Below are positions 22,369-34,745 of a DNA stretch of 44,279 nucleotides, piece by piece. The DNA comes from Octopus bimaculoides (taxonomy: Eukaryota), in the NCBI RefSeq assembly GCF_001194135.2, contig NC_068991.1, positions 32,296,814 to 32,341,092 on the forward strand. The letters run 5' to 3'. The translations under genes and the position numbers were made by a program. The notes under the pieces were generated by a model. The model was not told the origin of the DNA. It searched no databases and saw nothing but the letters and a program-made list of their open reading frames with translations. Numbering within the stretch: position 1 is the first letter of the stretch; every line of letters begins with the position of its first letter.

Positions 22369-23041
22369 TTGGTACACTGCCTCATGAAGGTCACTGCTAG
22401 ATCTCATTGCACACTAAACCCTGTGCTGCCATCTATTGGCACACTAGAGAACTAGTCTGGGAACTTTGTGATGCACCTCATATATTCAAAACTAGCCTTG
22501 GTTGATAAAATGAAATACCAGTAAAATGTGGAGCGTGATTTTTATTGATTATAACTTCTCTTCCTTCCTCAAAATTTTCAGCCAATTTTGTTTCTATCAT
22601 TGAAACCAAAAATGAGCAAAGGAAATGTCTCAAACTAATCCATAGCATTAATCTGGATAATTAAGTTAATGGGCAATGTACTTTCCTTCATTGAATTAAG
22701 TTTGAGAAATTAATTCTTAATTGTTAGAAAGTGTTTCCTTAATGATTGTTACTGGGGATTTTCTTTCTCCAACTAAGAGGTAAATTTTGATTAATTAAAC
22801 AATAGCTTTTGTACAGTATTCTGTACATCATTCCTTTACTTAATTATCCATTTTTACTTATTACATCTAAAGTCAATACCAACACTACCACTGGCACCAG
22901 CATCAGTAGATTCAGCAACAAGACAGAAATATAGTCATCTAAGAATCCGTAAGCCACAAAAAAAAAAAGCACTCATATAGTTATCAATAAAGTGGGTGTA
23001 TTAATCAAAATATACAGCATTATAGATCCACTTTGGTTATG

Positions 23042-23121
23042 ATCTTACCAATCAGTTTTGCATCATATATTATATAACTGGATAACCATCCAGTTATATA
23101 ATATATGTACTCCTCAGAGAT
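23042..23121 (-). ncRNA. Hammerhead motif with 20-bp perfect stem II and a G12A substitution (probably inactive)
   Basis: AUCU-CUGAGGA-GUA-[20-bp stem, 23064-23107]-AUGC-AAAA-C-UGAUUG-G-UA-AGAU. Confidence 0.6.
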
Positions 23122-23642
23122 GTCAGGTATGAAAAAGAAATATGATGACTGCTTTCAGTCACTGGTTACTGGCGGTGAGGAAATGTTACTTCTGGTTTGT
23201 AGGTGCTGTGAAAAATACGAAATGAAGTTGTAAGAAGCCATTAAGTGGAAGATTAATCAAGAATTATGTCCCTTGGCCCTTAGAAAAGACCTGACCGGGT
23301 TGTGTATCTATGGTAGATATGTGTGCATGTGTGCGCATGCATATGTGTGTGTATTATCAACCACGTATACTAATGCCTAAGCTTCATGTATTTGCTAGTA
23401 GGCTGTTATTGGAATGGTGTAAAAGCCTCAAATCACCAGGTGTTAAAACACCTTCAAGTTGTGGATAGGGGAAATAACTCACTGTCAATCCAATCTAGGA
23501 GTGGTGGGCATCAATGTTTCACATTTGTGTGGCTTGTGAACATCACATAACCAAACAAGATTGGAGATGGAGGATCGTTTTGTCAGTTCACGGCTTATAT
23601 GCTCAAGGCATGCAAACCATGTGTGGGACAATGTGTACGTAA

Positions 23643-23679
<37 letters not shown>

Positions 23680-24624
23680 ACTCATATTTATATCTACCAT
23701 ACATTTACCCACTGATACATCCATCCACACATCTAGAAAGTTCTTACACAGCTGGCTTCTTGATAATATTCTACTGTGAGACAAGACAGGAAGAAAGCAA
23801 AGAGTGATTTTATACTCACAGCCAAGAATACACACACACACACACACACACACACTCATACACACATACATATGCAAACATAGCCAAGGTGTGGTATTGA
23901 TATAGTTAATGCTTCATCCAAGGCACTTCCTTGACTGACACAGAATCTGATTCATATTCAGCTTGAAAATCTGTCTGCAGAGAAAAAAGTAAGTGATAAT
24001 GGAATTCCGGAGAATTACAATTCTTATGAGGAAGGACTGGCTGAAAAGTTGAGTGTGTGATAGCTGGGAGGTATGACTCACTGCAGGTGATGAAGCAGGT
24101 GTGTCAAGTGTGACTGAGTGAGATTTTAACAATTAGTTCAAATCACCTTGTTTTTGATGTAGTTTTTGGGGTGAAGTAGCAGAAACAGCAGCACCACCTT
24201 CGCATCTGAGTATTACTGCCATATGAGTTTTATTTGGTCTTTGAAGAAAACAAGCAAGGTTTCTTAACAGGTGTCCTAATATGTATGGTGTAATTTTGGT
24301 CAGCAATTTTTCTGTGATGCTGGTATTTATAATTGTAATTTGGTGCCTACAAACAGTTGGGTAGACTAGACTGTTTCAAAATGAAGTACCTTGGCTATAC
24401 ATATAATGCAATGCCAAAGACAGGATATGAAGCACCGAACCTTTGGCGGATATCCCAGTTCTATTAAATTAACCATCTGTAGCTCACCATTCTAAGAACA
24501 CAGATATATAAACAAATTTGTATAAAATTTCTACATCTTTCTAGAGATAAAGAAAGAGATAAAACATACATAAACAAACAGACACTAGCATTAACACAAA
24601 CATATAAATAGAACCCCATTGCCA

Positions 24625-24656
<32 letters not shown>

Positions 24657-25439
24657 ACACATACAACCACACATGCATGCACATGTAAACATTCTTAAAT
24701 ATGGATACATACAGAACTGTGTACATACCCTCTTATACACATATAAACATAAAATTACTCAAAAATCCAAATGCACAAACTGTTACATACATAAACATTA
24801 AACTATATGTATATACACGTAAACATTAAACTACACATATACACATATCTCAAACAACATTAGTCTCTCTGCAAATATTTTGAGCATTCAGCGAAAATGA
24901 ATTTTGTGCCAATCAATGTCTAAATGTAATATTCTTGTGATGATAGGAAATTTGAATGAAAGTTTTAGGATGTTATTGAAACTTTATTACAATTTAAACT
25001 AATCAAATCCATGTTTTTGAAAATACAGCTATAGATTTTTAAAATTCATTGAAACTTTCAAATAAAAATTGTTTCAGCCTGCAAGGAAATTCTGTATTTT
25101 AAATTTCAAGCTATTTTTCGGCTTGTTATACAAACAACACAGTGAGATCTGGTTTAGAAAGTGAAGTAAACTTTCATATAAAACTGTTCAAATGATGAGC
25201 CTCTGCTTTCCACATTTTATTGAAGTATTTGGCATTTTACCTAAAATTACATTCCAAAATTTTCACTTAGAAATTTTAATGAATTTTCAGGATTTTAAGA
25301 AACCTAAATAAAAACTAAGTTCTTATTTAGATGTTTTGATTTCTTTTCTAATTTATGAGTAATCTTCAGGAGATTCCTTGTAAGAAAACATTATTTTAAA
25401 ATTTCATATGAACTGTATGCTGTTACAATTTGCATATAC

Positions 25440-25870
25440 ATATGCATACAATTGACCACGTGAGAAACAGCCCTCTTCTAGATGGAGACAAACAGCCTGC
25501 AATGTTTGACCTTGGGACTTGTTAATAGTCAATGGGTAACTGACTCTCACTGGGAATTGCAATCATTTGAAATGAAAGGGCACATCTGTTGGTATTAGTG
25601 GTATTCTAGGTGTGAATACAATGTCTCCATTACCATATCCAGTGAGGATTTTTACTCCAATAATGTGAGACTGTAGTTCAGTCACAACCATATGTGTACC
25701 ATTGTACAATCTTGGCTGATCCAGGTTTCTGAGAAGCGTGATGATTGTGCCCTTCTTCAATTCAAGGTTGTGTGGCAGCATACTGGACAGTTCTAGATTG
25801 TTGAGGAATTCAACAGGATAATGAACAGCATCGTCCTCATTGATAACTTTGTCGATAAATTTATAGATGT
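25440..25870 (-). pseudogene. Helitron RepHel PIF1 helicase C-terminal fragment
   Basis: YPVEFLN...PHNLELKKGTIITLLRNLDQPRLYNGT...PRIPLIPTDVPFHFK, then [10 protein letters not shown]...FSRGQLY. Confidence 0.85.
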
Positions 25871-26324
25871 GGCTACCTCCATCTCACTTGTGTTTTCTCC
25901 CCAACCCCCTTTCTATCTGTCTCGTATATTTTTTCTCTAGAGAGAAAAAGACGTAGAAGTAGTGAGAGAGAAACACATATACAATCAGAGAGAGAGAGAG
26001 AGAGAGAAGGAGATAGTGAGAGAGATAGAGGCACAGAGAGGGACATACAGACAGAGAGAAAGCAGAGATCCGGCGTTTCACTTGTTTTTTCTCCATAATC
26101 CCCTTTCTCACGTGTTCCTTTCTCTAGAGAGATAGTGAAAGAGAGAGACACATATACAACCAGTGAGAGAGAGGGAGATAGTGAGAGAGACAGAGATATA
26201 GATAGAGAGAAAGCAGAAGTTTGGCAGTGACTTCAAAGGAATAAATGTAATGCACAAAGTTAGAGAAAATTGGAGGTGGATTGAGTGATAGATGGAGTAT
26301 TTTTTTCACTATAAAAAGCATTAC

Positions 26325-26763
26325 GGTTACATAGACAGTATGTGGATTGCTAGAAATAAGAGCTAATACACCACCAACTGGGCCACCCCTATTCTGTTTT
26401 CAGACAATAAGTGTACAGTTATTTGCAGAGTGGCCAAATTAATTTAAATGACACAGAAAACTTGAGATATTATCCATTTTATCTAGTGTTTTCAGCAGTC
26501 AACGTACAAACAAACTTTGCTCTTTATATTTAGTGTTTTCAGAAGTTGACATAAAAACAAGCAAGCATTTGCTTTTTCTAAGGATAGAGTTAGACGTTAC
26601 AGTGAAATAGGCAGTATGTGGATTGCTAGAAATAGGAGCCAATACACCACTACCTTGGCTCCACCATCATTCTATTTCTGGAAAATAAGTGCACTGTTAT
26701 CTGCAGAATGGTCAAAACCTGAAATATTATCAATTTCATTTAGTGTTTTCAGCAGTCAATGTA
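26325..26763 (+). repeat. Two diverged tandem units (Helitron/Helentron-like end region); the second unit is interrupted by a mariner
   Basis: gcagtatgtggattgctagaaata..agc.aatacaccac...tagtgttttcagcagtcaa.gta occurs twice. The second unit resumes at ~27992 (caaacaaactttgct). Confidence 0.7.
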
Positions 26764-27989
26764 TTGGGTTGGCAACTATTGGCAGTTCCTGCCATTTTTT
26801 TAAATTTTGGAATTTATTGCGTTTTTAAATTTTGGAATCTATTTTGTTTTGTTTTTTTTTTCTAGTTAATTTTAGTTAATTTTTGTTAATTTTCAGATTA
26901 TTAAAATGGAATGTCAAGTTAAGAAAAATGAGCATTTTCGACACCACCTTTTTGCTTTTAATCAAGGTTCTAAGGCCGCAAAAGCTGCTCGTGACATTTG
27001 TGCTGTGTATGAAGAGGGTGCCATAGCTGAAAGAACTGCTCGTGATTGGTATGCCAGGTTCAAAAATGGAAATTTTGACCTCAAAGACGCATCTTGTTCT
27101 GGCTATCCAGTTGAGTTCGATGAAGAGCGATTAAACCAACTTTTGCACGAAAATTGTCAAACAACGAGGGAATGCTCTTGCACTGCTATAGAGAAGTATC
27201 TTCACTCGATGGGAAAGGGTCAGAAGTATGAAGCATAAGTTCCATATGCTTTAAGTGACAACAACAAAAATCAATGAGCCACAATCTGCGCTGGTTTGCT
27301 TGCTTGTCATTGCTCAACTCATGGACACAAGCAACGATTTCTTTACCGAATTGTTACTAGCGACGAAAAATAGTGCCTGTACATCAATATGAAGCAGCAT
27401 AAGGAATGGCTTAGCCCCGGTAAACAAGTGACACCGTGCATGAAACAAGATCTTTATCCACGTAAAATGATGTTGTGCATATGGTGAGACTGGGAAGGGA
27501 TTATCCATTACGAATTGCTTGAACGGAACCAAACAGTCAATGCAGAACAGATGGAACGATTCAACATGGCTATTCAAGAGAAAAGACCTAATTGGCAGCA
27601 TGGAGTTCTGCTGCATGACAATGCCCACTCTCATATCGCCAACATGACCAAGGAAGCCATCCAAGCGCATAGCTGGGAAGTGCTGCCACACCCGCCATAC
27701 ACTCCTGATTTGGCACTAAAGGATTTCCACCTCTTTCGATCTCTTTTAAATGCTATGCACGGAGTTTCGTTCAGTACTGATGCAGAATTGAGAGCTTGGT
27801 TGGATCAACTTTTCAAGTCGACATCAGGTGATTTCTACCAATGAGATATTGAAAATCTTGTTGAATGTTGGGAAGAAGTTGTAAACAACATGAGTGAATA
27901 CATTATTGATTAATTAGTTGTTATTTTTTATTAAACCTTTTAAAAAATTTAAATTTAAAAAGACAGTGGGAACTTAGTTGCCAACCCAA
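26764..27989 (+). mobile_element. mariner (DD34D) element, full length, pseudogenised transposase from ATG 26906
   Basis: TIR TTGGGTTGGCAACTA at both ends and a 5' TA. Motifs: WYARFKNGNFDLKD, VTSDEK, LLHDNA, HPPYTPDLALKDFHLFRSL. Confidence 0.9.
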
Positions 27990-28397
27990 TTCAAACAAAC
28001 TTTGCTTTTTATAAGAATAGGGATGTGTGTGTGTGCATGCGTATGTGTGTGAGTGTATGTATGCATATATGTGTGTGTGTGTGTGTGTGTGAATGTGTGT
28101 AATTGTGTGTGTGTTTGAGTTTACTCGTCTTGATATTGTATCATACAGGTGTCATACAAGTAATGTCATTCATTTCCAGTAGTCTTCTAGAACCTGCCTG
28201 GCTATGGGGAAATATTACCTTGCTTGGAAATAGGTGTGGTTTCTATCTATCTATTTAGCTATTATATTTGAAAGTACAGTTTTGATTAAATGGCAGGATT
28301 TCAAAAGAATGTTTTGAAACTCCTTGCTTGCGTTTAAAATATTAATGTTTTCAAATATGCTGACTTACACCATGGAATTTACATGGGTCCTGCTAGT

Positions 28398-28723
28398 TAC
28401 TATTACCTCCCCCTTAGCGAAAGTGGAGGTATTATTTTCAGTTGCATTTGTTTATTTGCGGACAAGATATCTCAAGAACTGCTGGATGGATTCAGATGAA
28501 ACTTTCAGGGATTTTTGGCCTCATGACTGGTACAAATTGATTAGATTTTTGGATTGATTGGGTACCGGACAAGGATTCTGGATTACTTTTCCTCTTTTTA
28601 AACTTAATTTTTGAGAGCGGTAGGGTTCATTTTTAGTATTCTTATTTGTGAGATCAGTTGAGTTTATTTCAGATATTCTGGTGTTGCCTTGGCAGAGGTT
28701 TGCACTCTCTGAGTGTTCTTGTT
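28398..28723 (+). mobile_element. Non-autonomous Helentron/HINE-type element
   Basis: 5' TATTACCTCC...GGAGGT hairpin, GATATCTCAAGAAC..CTGGATGGATT core, and 3' GGCAGAGGT plus CACTC-TCT-GAGTG palindrome and CTTGTT end. Confidence 0.6.
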
Positions 28724-31700
28724 ATTATTATATATTTGACTTTTGCTTTGTATTTGTACAAGATGACTCCAAGTCTTGCTCAGAGACCTCAAGAGACAAC
28801 AAGTTAGATGTTCAAGTTGATGTTATGCTTAGGGTGCCATATATTTGGTTTTGCACAAAGTATTGTTCTTGAGAATGTTTAAGAAAACATAAGAAATTAT
28901 AAGCTTGTTTGAAAATTTGAGATTATATAGACAGTATTTTATGTCTTACATAAAATGGGCAGTTCCAATGAACACTATCTTTTGAATTTCTGCTATTTTG
29001 AGGTTTCCTGGTATCTGAGCTAGGTAGAAATCAGCCCCTTTTGTTATCATTCCTAGAGTACCTATGACAACAGGTATTGTTTTAGTCTTCAGGTTCCACA
29101 TTTTGCCAATTTCTATTTCAAGATCTTTATACTTGCTCAGTTTTTGGTAGGTCTTGACAGATACATTTATGTCAATTGGGACAGTCATATCAATGAGGAG
29201 GCATGATTTTTGTCTGAAGTCTTTCAATATAATGTCTGGCCTATTCGCATCTATCTCTCTGTCAGTTTGAACGGTGAAGTTCCAGATGAGTGAGATGTGG
29301 TCATTTTCAAGCACTGGAGGTGGTTTGTGTTCCCACCAATTTTTATCATAGGGCAGGTCCAAGTTTTTGCAAATTACCCAGTGAATATATTGTGCTGGTT
29401 TATCATGCCTGTTGAGATACTCTGTAGGCACAAGAAGACTGCACATGGAGCCAACATAGTCAATGGTTTCATTTTGTTACTTACATACTCAACATGTTGG
29501 GCTACTGCCATTCTTTAATACGTTGGCCTGGTAGCTCCTTGTAGGTAGGTATTGATCTTTGGCTACTATGATAATACCTTCTGTTTCTGATTTTAAGCCA
29601 GAAGACACTAACCATTGATAGGTAAGGGCTTTATCAACATCGGTATTATTAATTCTCTTTGGGTATTTACCATTGAGAGGTTTTTCTTGCCATTTATCAG
29701 TAAGAATATCTAAGGAAGCAGTTTTAGCATGGGTTTTCATACGCTTAGCTTTTTCTGTGCGTGTTTCCAGTACGTCTAATTTTGAGATTTGTTGTATTTG
29801 GAATTCACTTAGATATTCCTTTGCCTGTTTAGTTGCTGAGTATGATGTTTTCTTGTTTTTGTGCTTTAAGACAAGTTTTAACATCCAGTTATCAGAGATT
29901 TTCAGGTAGGTATTTAAGCCAATTGTGGCAATCTGCATTGTTAATTCCAGTTGTAAAAGTCCGTGGCTACCCTCTTTTCTTGGCAGGTAAAGTCATTCTA
30001 TATCTGCAGTTGTCGTATTTTTCTGTCAAGATTACAGATTTCAATAATTGAGCAGTTAATGATATTGAAACTCTAAGTCATGACTGGTATGGCTAACGTA
30101 TTGATCGCTTTGATCCTGTTTCTTGCATTCAGCTCTGTCTTGAGTATTGCCCTTACCCTGCGATAACATTCTCTTCTGATCCTTTCCCTCATCATTAAAT
30201 GTCTGATTCTCTCACCTTCAAATACCTCTAGGTATTTGTAGCTCTCCACTGGTACTATCTCCTTTATGACATTCTGTTGGTCAAGATTAATGTTGGATGT
30301 TTCTATGATTTTTCCTTTGATAAAGGTAGCTTTTGCACATTTATCAAGGCCAAATTGCATCCTGATATCATCACTGAATTGTTTAATGATTGCTAGTAAA
30401 CCCTGTAGTTGTTTTTGCAAAGAGATTTAAATCATCCATGTAAAAGAGATGATTTATATTTTTATGAAACATTTTATAGCCATATTGTACATCAGCAATT
30501 TCGAGAGAGGTATCAAGGCTAGACAAAAGAGGAGTGGTGATAGAGAGTCACCCTAGAAAATACCACATGAAATTCTTACATCTCCAGCATTGAGAGATTC
30601 ATTGTCACTGTTCAAAGTCAGTGTGACTCTCTATGATCTCATACTCACAGACAAGAAGTTTCATAGAGTCGGTGTTATTTTATACATTACCAGACATTTC
30701 TTAATCCAGTTATGTGGTAGACAATCAAAGGCTTTTTCTATAGTCAATCCAGGCTATTGACAAGTTTTTGTGTTGTTTATGACAATCTTCCAAGATCATT
30801 TTATTGACAAGTAGCTTATCTTTACAACCATAAGACCCACATTTACATCCTTTTTGCTCATTAGGGAATATGCCACTTTCTATTTAAAAACTATAGGTAT
30901 ATTCAGTCGAGATGTTAGTATTTTATACATTGTTGTTAAGCAGATTATGGGTCTATAATTTTTTGGTTCATTTGTTTCTTCATTTTTTGGAAGAAGGAAT
31001 GTAACAACATTAACTAGCCAAGAGGGAATCATACTAGGTTGTTGCAAAACATTGTTGTAAAGTGTTGTTAGCAGTTCATGACTCTCTGGGAAGGCATTCA
31101 GCCAGATGTTAGGAATTTTATCTTTTCTTGGCGACGTCTATTTGCTTGACTTCCTGAGAGCAGATCTTACATCCTCTACCTTGATATTCTCCCACTTTTG
31201 CTCTTCTAAGGAATCTAAGTTAGTAGATATTCTATCAATCCAAGGGACCTTTTTATTGTGTGTTTTGCCTTCTGCCCAAATTTTATTCTAAAATTCCTGC
31301 ACTTCTTTCTTTCATAGGACAGACTGTAACTGGTATTTTTCCTATCTTCTTGTAAAAATTTTTTGGGTTATTTTTGAACATGTTGTCCTTTCATACTGTG
31401 CTATGCAGGCAGCTTTAGCTTGATAGTGTCTATGGTGGTATCAATGTCGAGTATGGTAATACTTTTTCTTTAATTTTCAGATTTTTGTTGGTTTGATAGT
31501 CTTGTCAAACTTAAGGTTTTTTTAACCATTCTATGTCCGACTGAATTTGGAGCTGAATACGCTCTTGCCAAGTAGGCCTTTTGTGGGAATGTTGTCATTT
31601 TCTAATCTTTTCACCACATAGAATTGTTGAAATCTACGCAGATGCATAGTACAAGTGGTTGAGATCTGTAATATCAACATCATTAACTGAAATTATATCC

Positions 31701-32240
31701 TTAAGTGCAAGGTGGATTTTACCAATTACTTTCAGGTTTTGGTTAGAGTTGCGAATTTTTGGGAGAGTGTCATGTTCATTAATACTGGTTTCTTTAATTT
31801 TCATCCATTCAATCATGATTTGACTTTTTAGATCATCTACTTCAGTTAGATCAATTTCTGTGTGACTTTCTTCATCTATTTGATCTTCATCTGCCTTGGT
31901 GTTTACGGTTGGTTCAGAGAGTATTTCACTTTGTTTATCAGTCACATTAACTCTTTCTATCATTACTGCACTTTCATCAGATCTGAGTTGGTCTAATTAC
32001 TTCCTCAGTAATATCTTCTCTAGCTGCAACTTTGTTCTTTTATCCCTTTATGACTGCTTAATTTGATCAATCTATAATTCATTTAGTAATTTCTTTTTGA
32101 CGTAGGCAAGTTTGTTACTGTCTATGTAGGATCTTACTTCAAGGGGCTTCTGTCTCCAGTTTAGGTAGGTTTGTTCAGTATTAGATTTATTTGTGAGGAA
32201 ATACATGGCATGATAGGCCTAAAGAACTTTATTATCTCCC
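28722..32240 (-). mobile_element. R4/Dong-type RLE non-LTR retrotransposon, near full length, many disruptions
   Basis: N-terminal YLNWRQK..YIDSNKLAYV motif, RT (FGLDKCAK, YKYLEV), ETEGIIIVAKDQ, CCHC region RHDKPAQYIHW, and RLE ANRPDII..LIDMTVP..KYKDL. A (TAA)n tail lies at ~28722-28730. Confidence 0.85.
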
Positions 32241-32245
32241 TTTCA

Positions 32246-32620
32246 GAGCACGTGTTGTCTGGTCAACTGTCAGTTGATATATCGAAGTGGAAAGAGAAAG
32301 CTAATGGGTTGTACGTGCGTACATGCTTGTTCCTGTGTGTGTGTGCGTATGCATGCTTGTTCCTCTGTGTGTGTATCTGCATGCTTGTTTCTGTGTAAGT
32401 TTAAAATGCGACATTGTTGATGTAATTTTGTTATATCTACATTCCACAACATGTAAATACATAAAAACAGAACAAGCACACACACATACACAGAGGAATA
32501 AGCATGCATACACACAAGAATAAGCACACACACAGGAACAAGCTCGCACGTACACAACCCATTAGCTTTCTCTTTCCACTTCAATATGTCAACTGATAGT
32601 TGACAAGACAACACGTGCTC
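32246..32620. mobile_element. Foldback/MITE with long (>75-bp) imperfect TIRs
   Basis: GAGCACGTGTTGTCT.GTCAACT.TCAGTTGA.ATAT.GAAGTGGAAAGAGAAAGCTAATGGGTTGT occurs at the left end and in reverse complement at the right end. Inner gcttgtt/aacaagc repeats are mirrored. Confidence 0.85.
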
Positions 32621-32704
32621 ACGGAAATTACCGAGTAGTATGTTGACAGAAGTCGAGTCAAAACGAAAGATTGCCATTTTTTTGTTTTGTTCACTCTCTT
32701 TTAT

Positions 32705-33066
32705 ACTCTTTTACTAGTTTCAGTCTTTTGACTGTGGCCATGCTGGAGCACCGCCTTTAGTCGAGCAAATTGACCCCAGGACTTATTCTTTGTAAGCCTA
32801 GTACTTATTCTATCGGTCTCTTTTGCCGAACCGCTAAGTTACGGGGACATAAACACACCAGCATCGGTTGTCAAGCGATGTTGGGGGGGGGGACAAACAC
32901 AGACATACAAACACATACACACATACATATATATATACATATATACGACAGGCTTCTTTCAGTTTCCGTCTACCAAATCCACTCACAAGGCTTTGGTCGG
33001 CCCGAGGCTATAGTAGAAGACACTTGCCCAAGATGCCACGCAGTGGGACTGAACCCGGGACCATGT
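32705..33066 (-). mobile_element. tRNA-derived SINE, head truncated
   Basis: Closely similar to 18825-19207. Confidence 0.85.
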
Positions 33067-33554
33067 CTATATTAGTTTGAAAAATTTTTTAAAAATTGTT
33101 TTGTTATTTCTTTGCTTCGTTTGTGACGTGCTTTCATATGCGTCTGTGTGTCCTGTAAATTTCACGTAGTTGTGTAAACATTGGGATGTATGTGTAGTCC
33201 TATTGGGTATTAAAATGTATATATGATTGTATAGACATTCGAGTGTATGCGTAATTAATCAATTTACATACTAACTGTTTTGTTCCATTTATATTTTATA
33301 ATTTATAAACTTTCTGATATTGATTTCGCATGTCTTTCACAAATGTTTCACTGAGACATGGTGCATGGGAGAAACTGTGTTTTGTATGATAGTAAAATTT
33401 CATTATTGTAATTATTTTCATTAAAAAGCCGTTTCCTTCAAATCTTTCACAGGTTCTTTTATCCCATTCCATCGATGTTATTAGATTAGATTTGTTCTTG
33501 TATGGAGAGCCCAGTGTAGCACATCCATGTTGTTATTCAGCGTGGAGCATTTCC

Positions 33555-34530
33555 TTATTATTATTATTATAAAGCTATTACAACCTATTTTAGTCAACAT
33601 AGATGTTTCCTTGAGGTTTGGTAACAAGTCTCCTCAAATCTCAATCTTTCCTTAGATTCTTGTAGAATACAGGGTAGCACTCTTCCTAATAGAACAGATC
33701 TTTTTATAAATGCAATTCTTGGAGTTACTCTAATCTCATGAGAGAAACCATCAAGTCTGTTTATAACGATACCTAGGGCACTTATAACTACCAGGATTAC
33801 TCTTGCAGAAACTCTCAACAGTTTTCACATTTCCCTTGCTAAGTCTTGGTATTTTCTATTTTCCCCTATTCTTCAATCATTACATTCATCAGCAGACACA
33901 GCTACATCTATGATGACGATACACTCTTTCGACACCTTATCAAAAATGATAAAATCTTATCATCTTGCTCAAATCTCATTATCAGTCTGTACAGTAAAGC
34001 CCCATAAGACTAAACTGACCTTTGTCTGTCATACTCTCCAGCTGGTGATGGTACCATTTTTTGCTTACATCAAAACCCCTTTCATGTAATATGTCCCCAA
34101 TGTAGTGCTTTGGTTATGCAATCATGTCTGCGTTTATAGTCTTTCTGTATCAAAGGACTACAAGTACTCATTATGTGCACAACAGACTCATCTTTCTTGT
34201 TACACATTCTGCACTTAGCACTATCCATGATACTGTATATTCTTGTGTTAATGACATTCATATGTAATGAATGACTGGCTTTCTTTAGTTCTCCATTCTT
34301 CAACCATAACCAAGATTCATCTGCTGCAATATTCCACATTTGTTTGAGATGGCTTGCAGCTTATTTCTTTCTTGCTCTTGTATTCTCTCATGGTCTCCAC
34401 AGTTTCTTCCCTCTGGCAGCTGAAATCAGCTTTTCTGTGCTATTTCTTTGATACTCTTCTATATCATGTCCTACCATTTCCATGAAGTCTTCTATTGATA
34501 ACAGACCTCTTATCATCATTATTATTATTT
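33555..34530 (-). mobile_element. 5'-truncated R4/Dong-type LINE copy
   Basis: ESWLWLKNGELKK, CRMCNKKDESVVHIMSTC...YKRRHD, VILVVISALG...SVLLG, with a (TAA)n tail at ~33555-33571. Confidence 0.75.
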
Positions 34531-34745
34531 GGACAACATGCTACCAAAATTGCTACTGCACTACACAAACTGCTTAGTGGCATTTCACCCATCTTTGCTT
34601 TCTGAGTTCATACTCTGTTGAGGTTGACTTTGTCTTTCATCCTTTTGGGGTTGATAAAATAAGTACCAGTTGAGCACTGAGATTGATGTAGTTGACTAGC
34701 CCGCTCTCCCAAAATTTCAGGTCTTATGCCTCTAGTAGAATGAAT
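34530..34745 (+). mobile_element. tRNA-derived SINE (family of 3535-3750)
   Basis: ...ttctgagttcatactctgttgaggttgactttgtctttcatcc..ggggttgataaaataagtaccagttgagcactg. Confidence 0.7.

Noticed and set aside
23497-23640. Plus-strand frame VVGINVSHLCGL*TSHNQTRLEMEDRF, suggesting a CxxU selenoprotein or a GPx-like NVASxCGLT motif, with a GTAAG donor at 23639
   Set aside because: The similarity is short and weak, the acceptor is poor, an upstream in-frame TAG is present and no SECIS was seen. It cannot be supported without a search.
32300-32560. Short repeats with spacers (gcatgcttgtt...), superficially CRISPR-like
   Set aside because: The context is eukaryotic, spacers are microsatellite-like, units are mirrored as part of a foldback element, and no cas genes are present.
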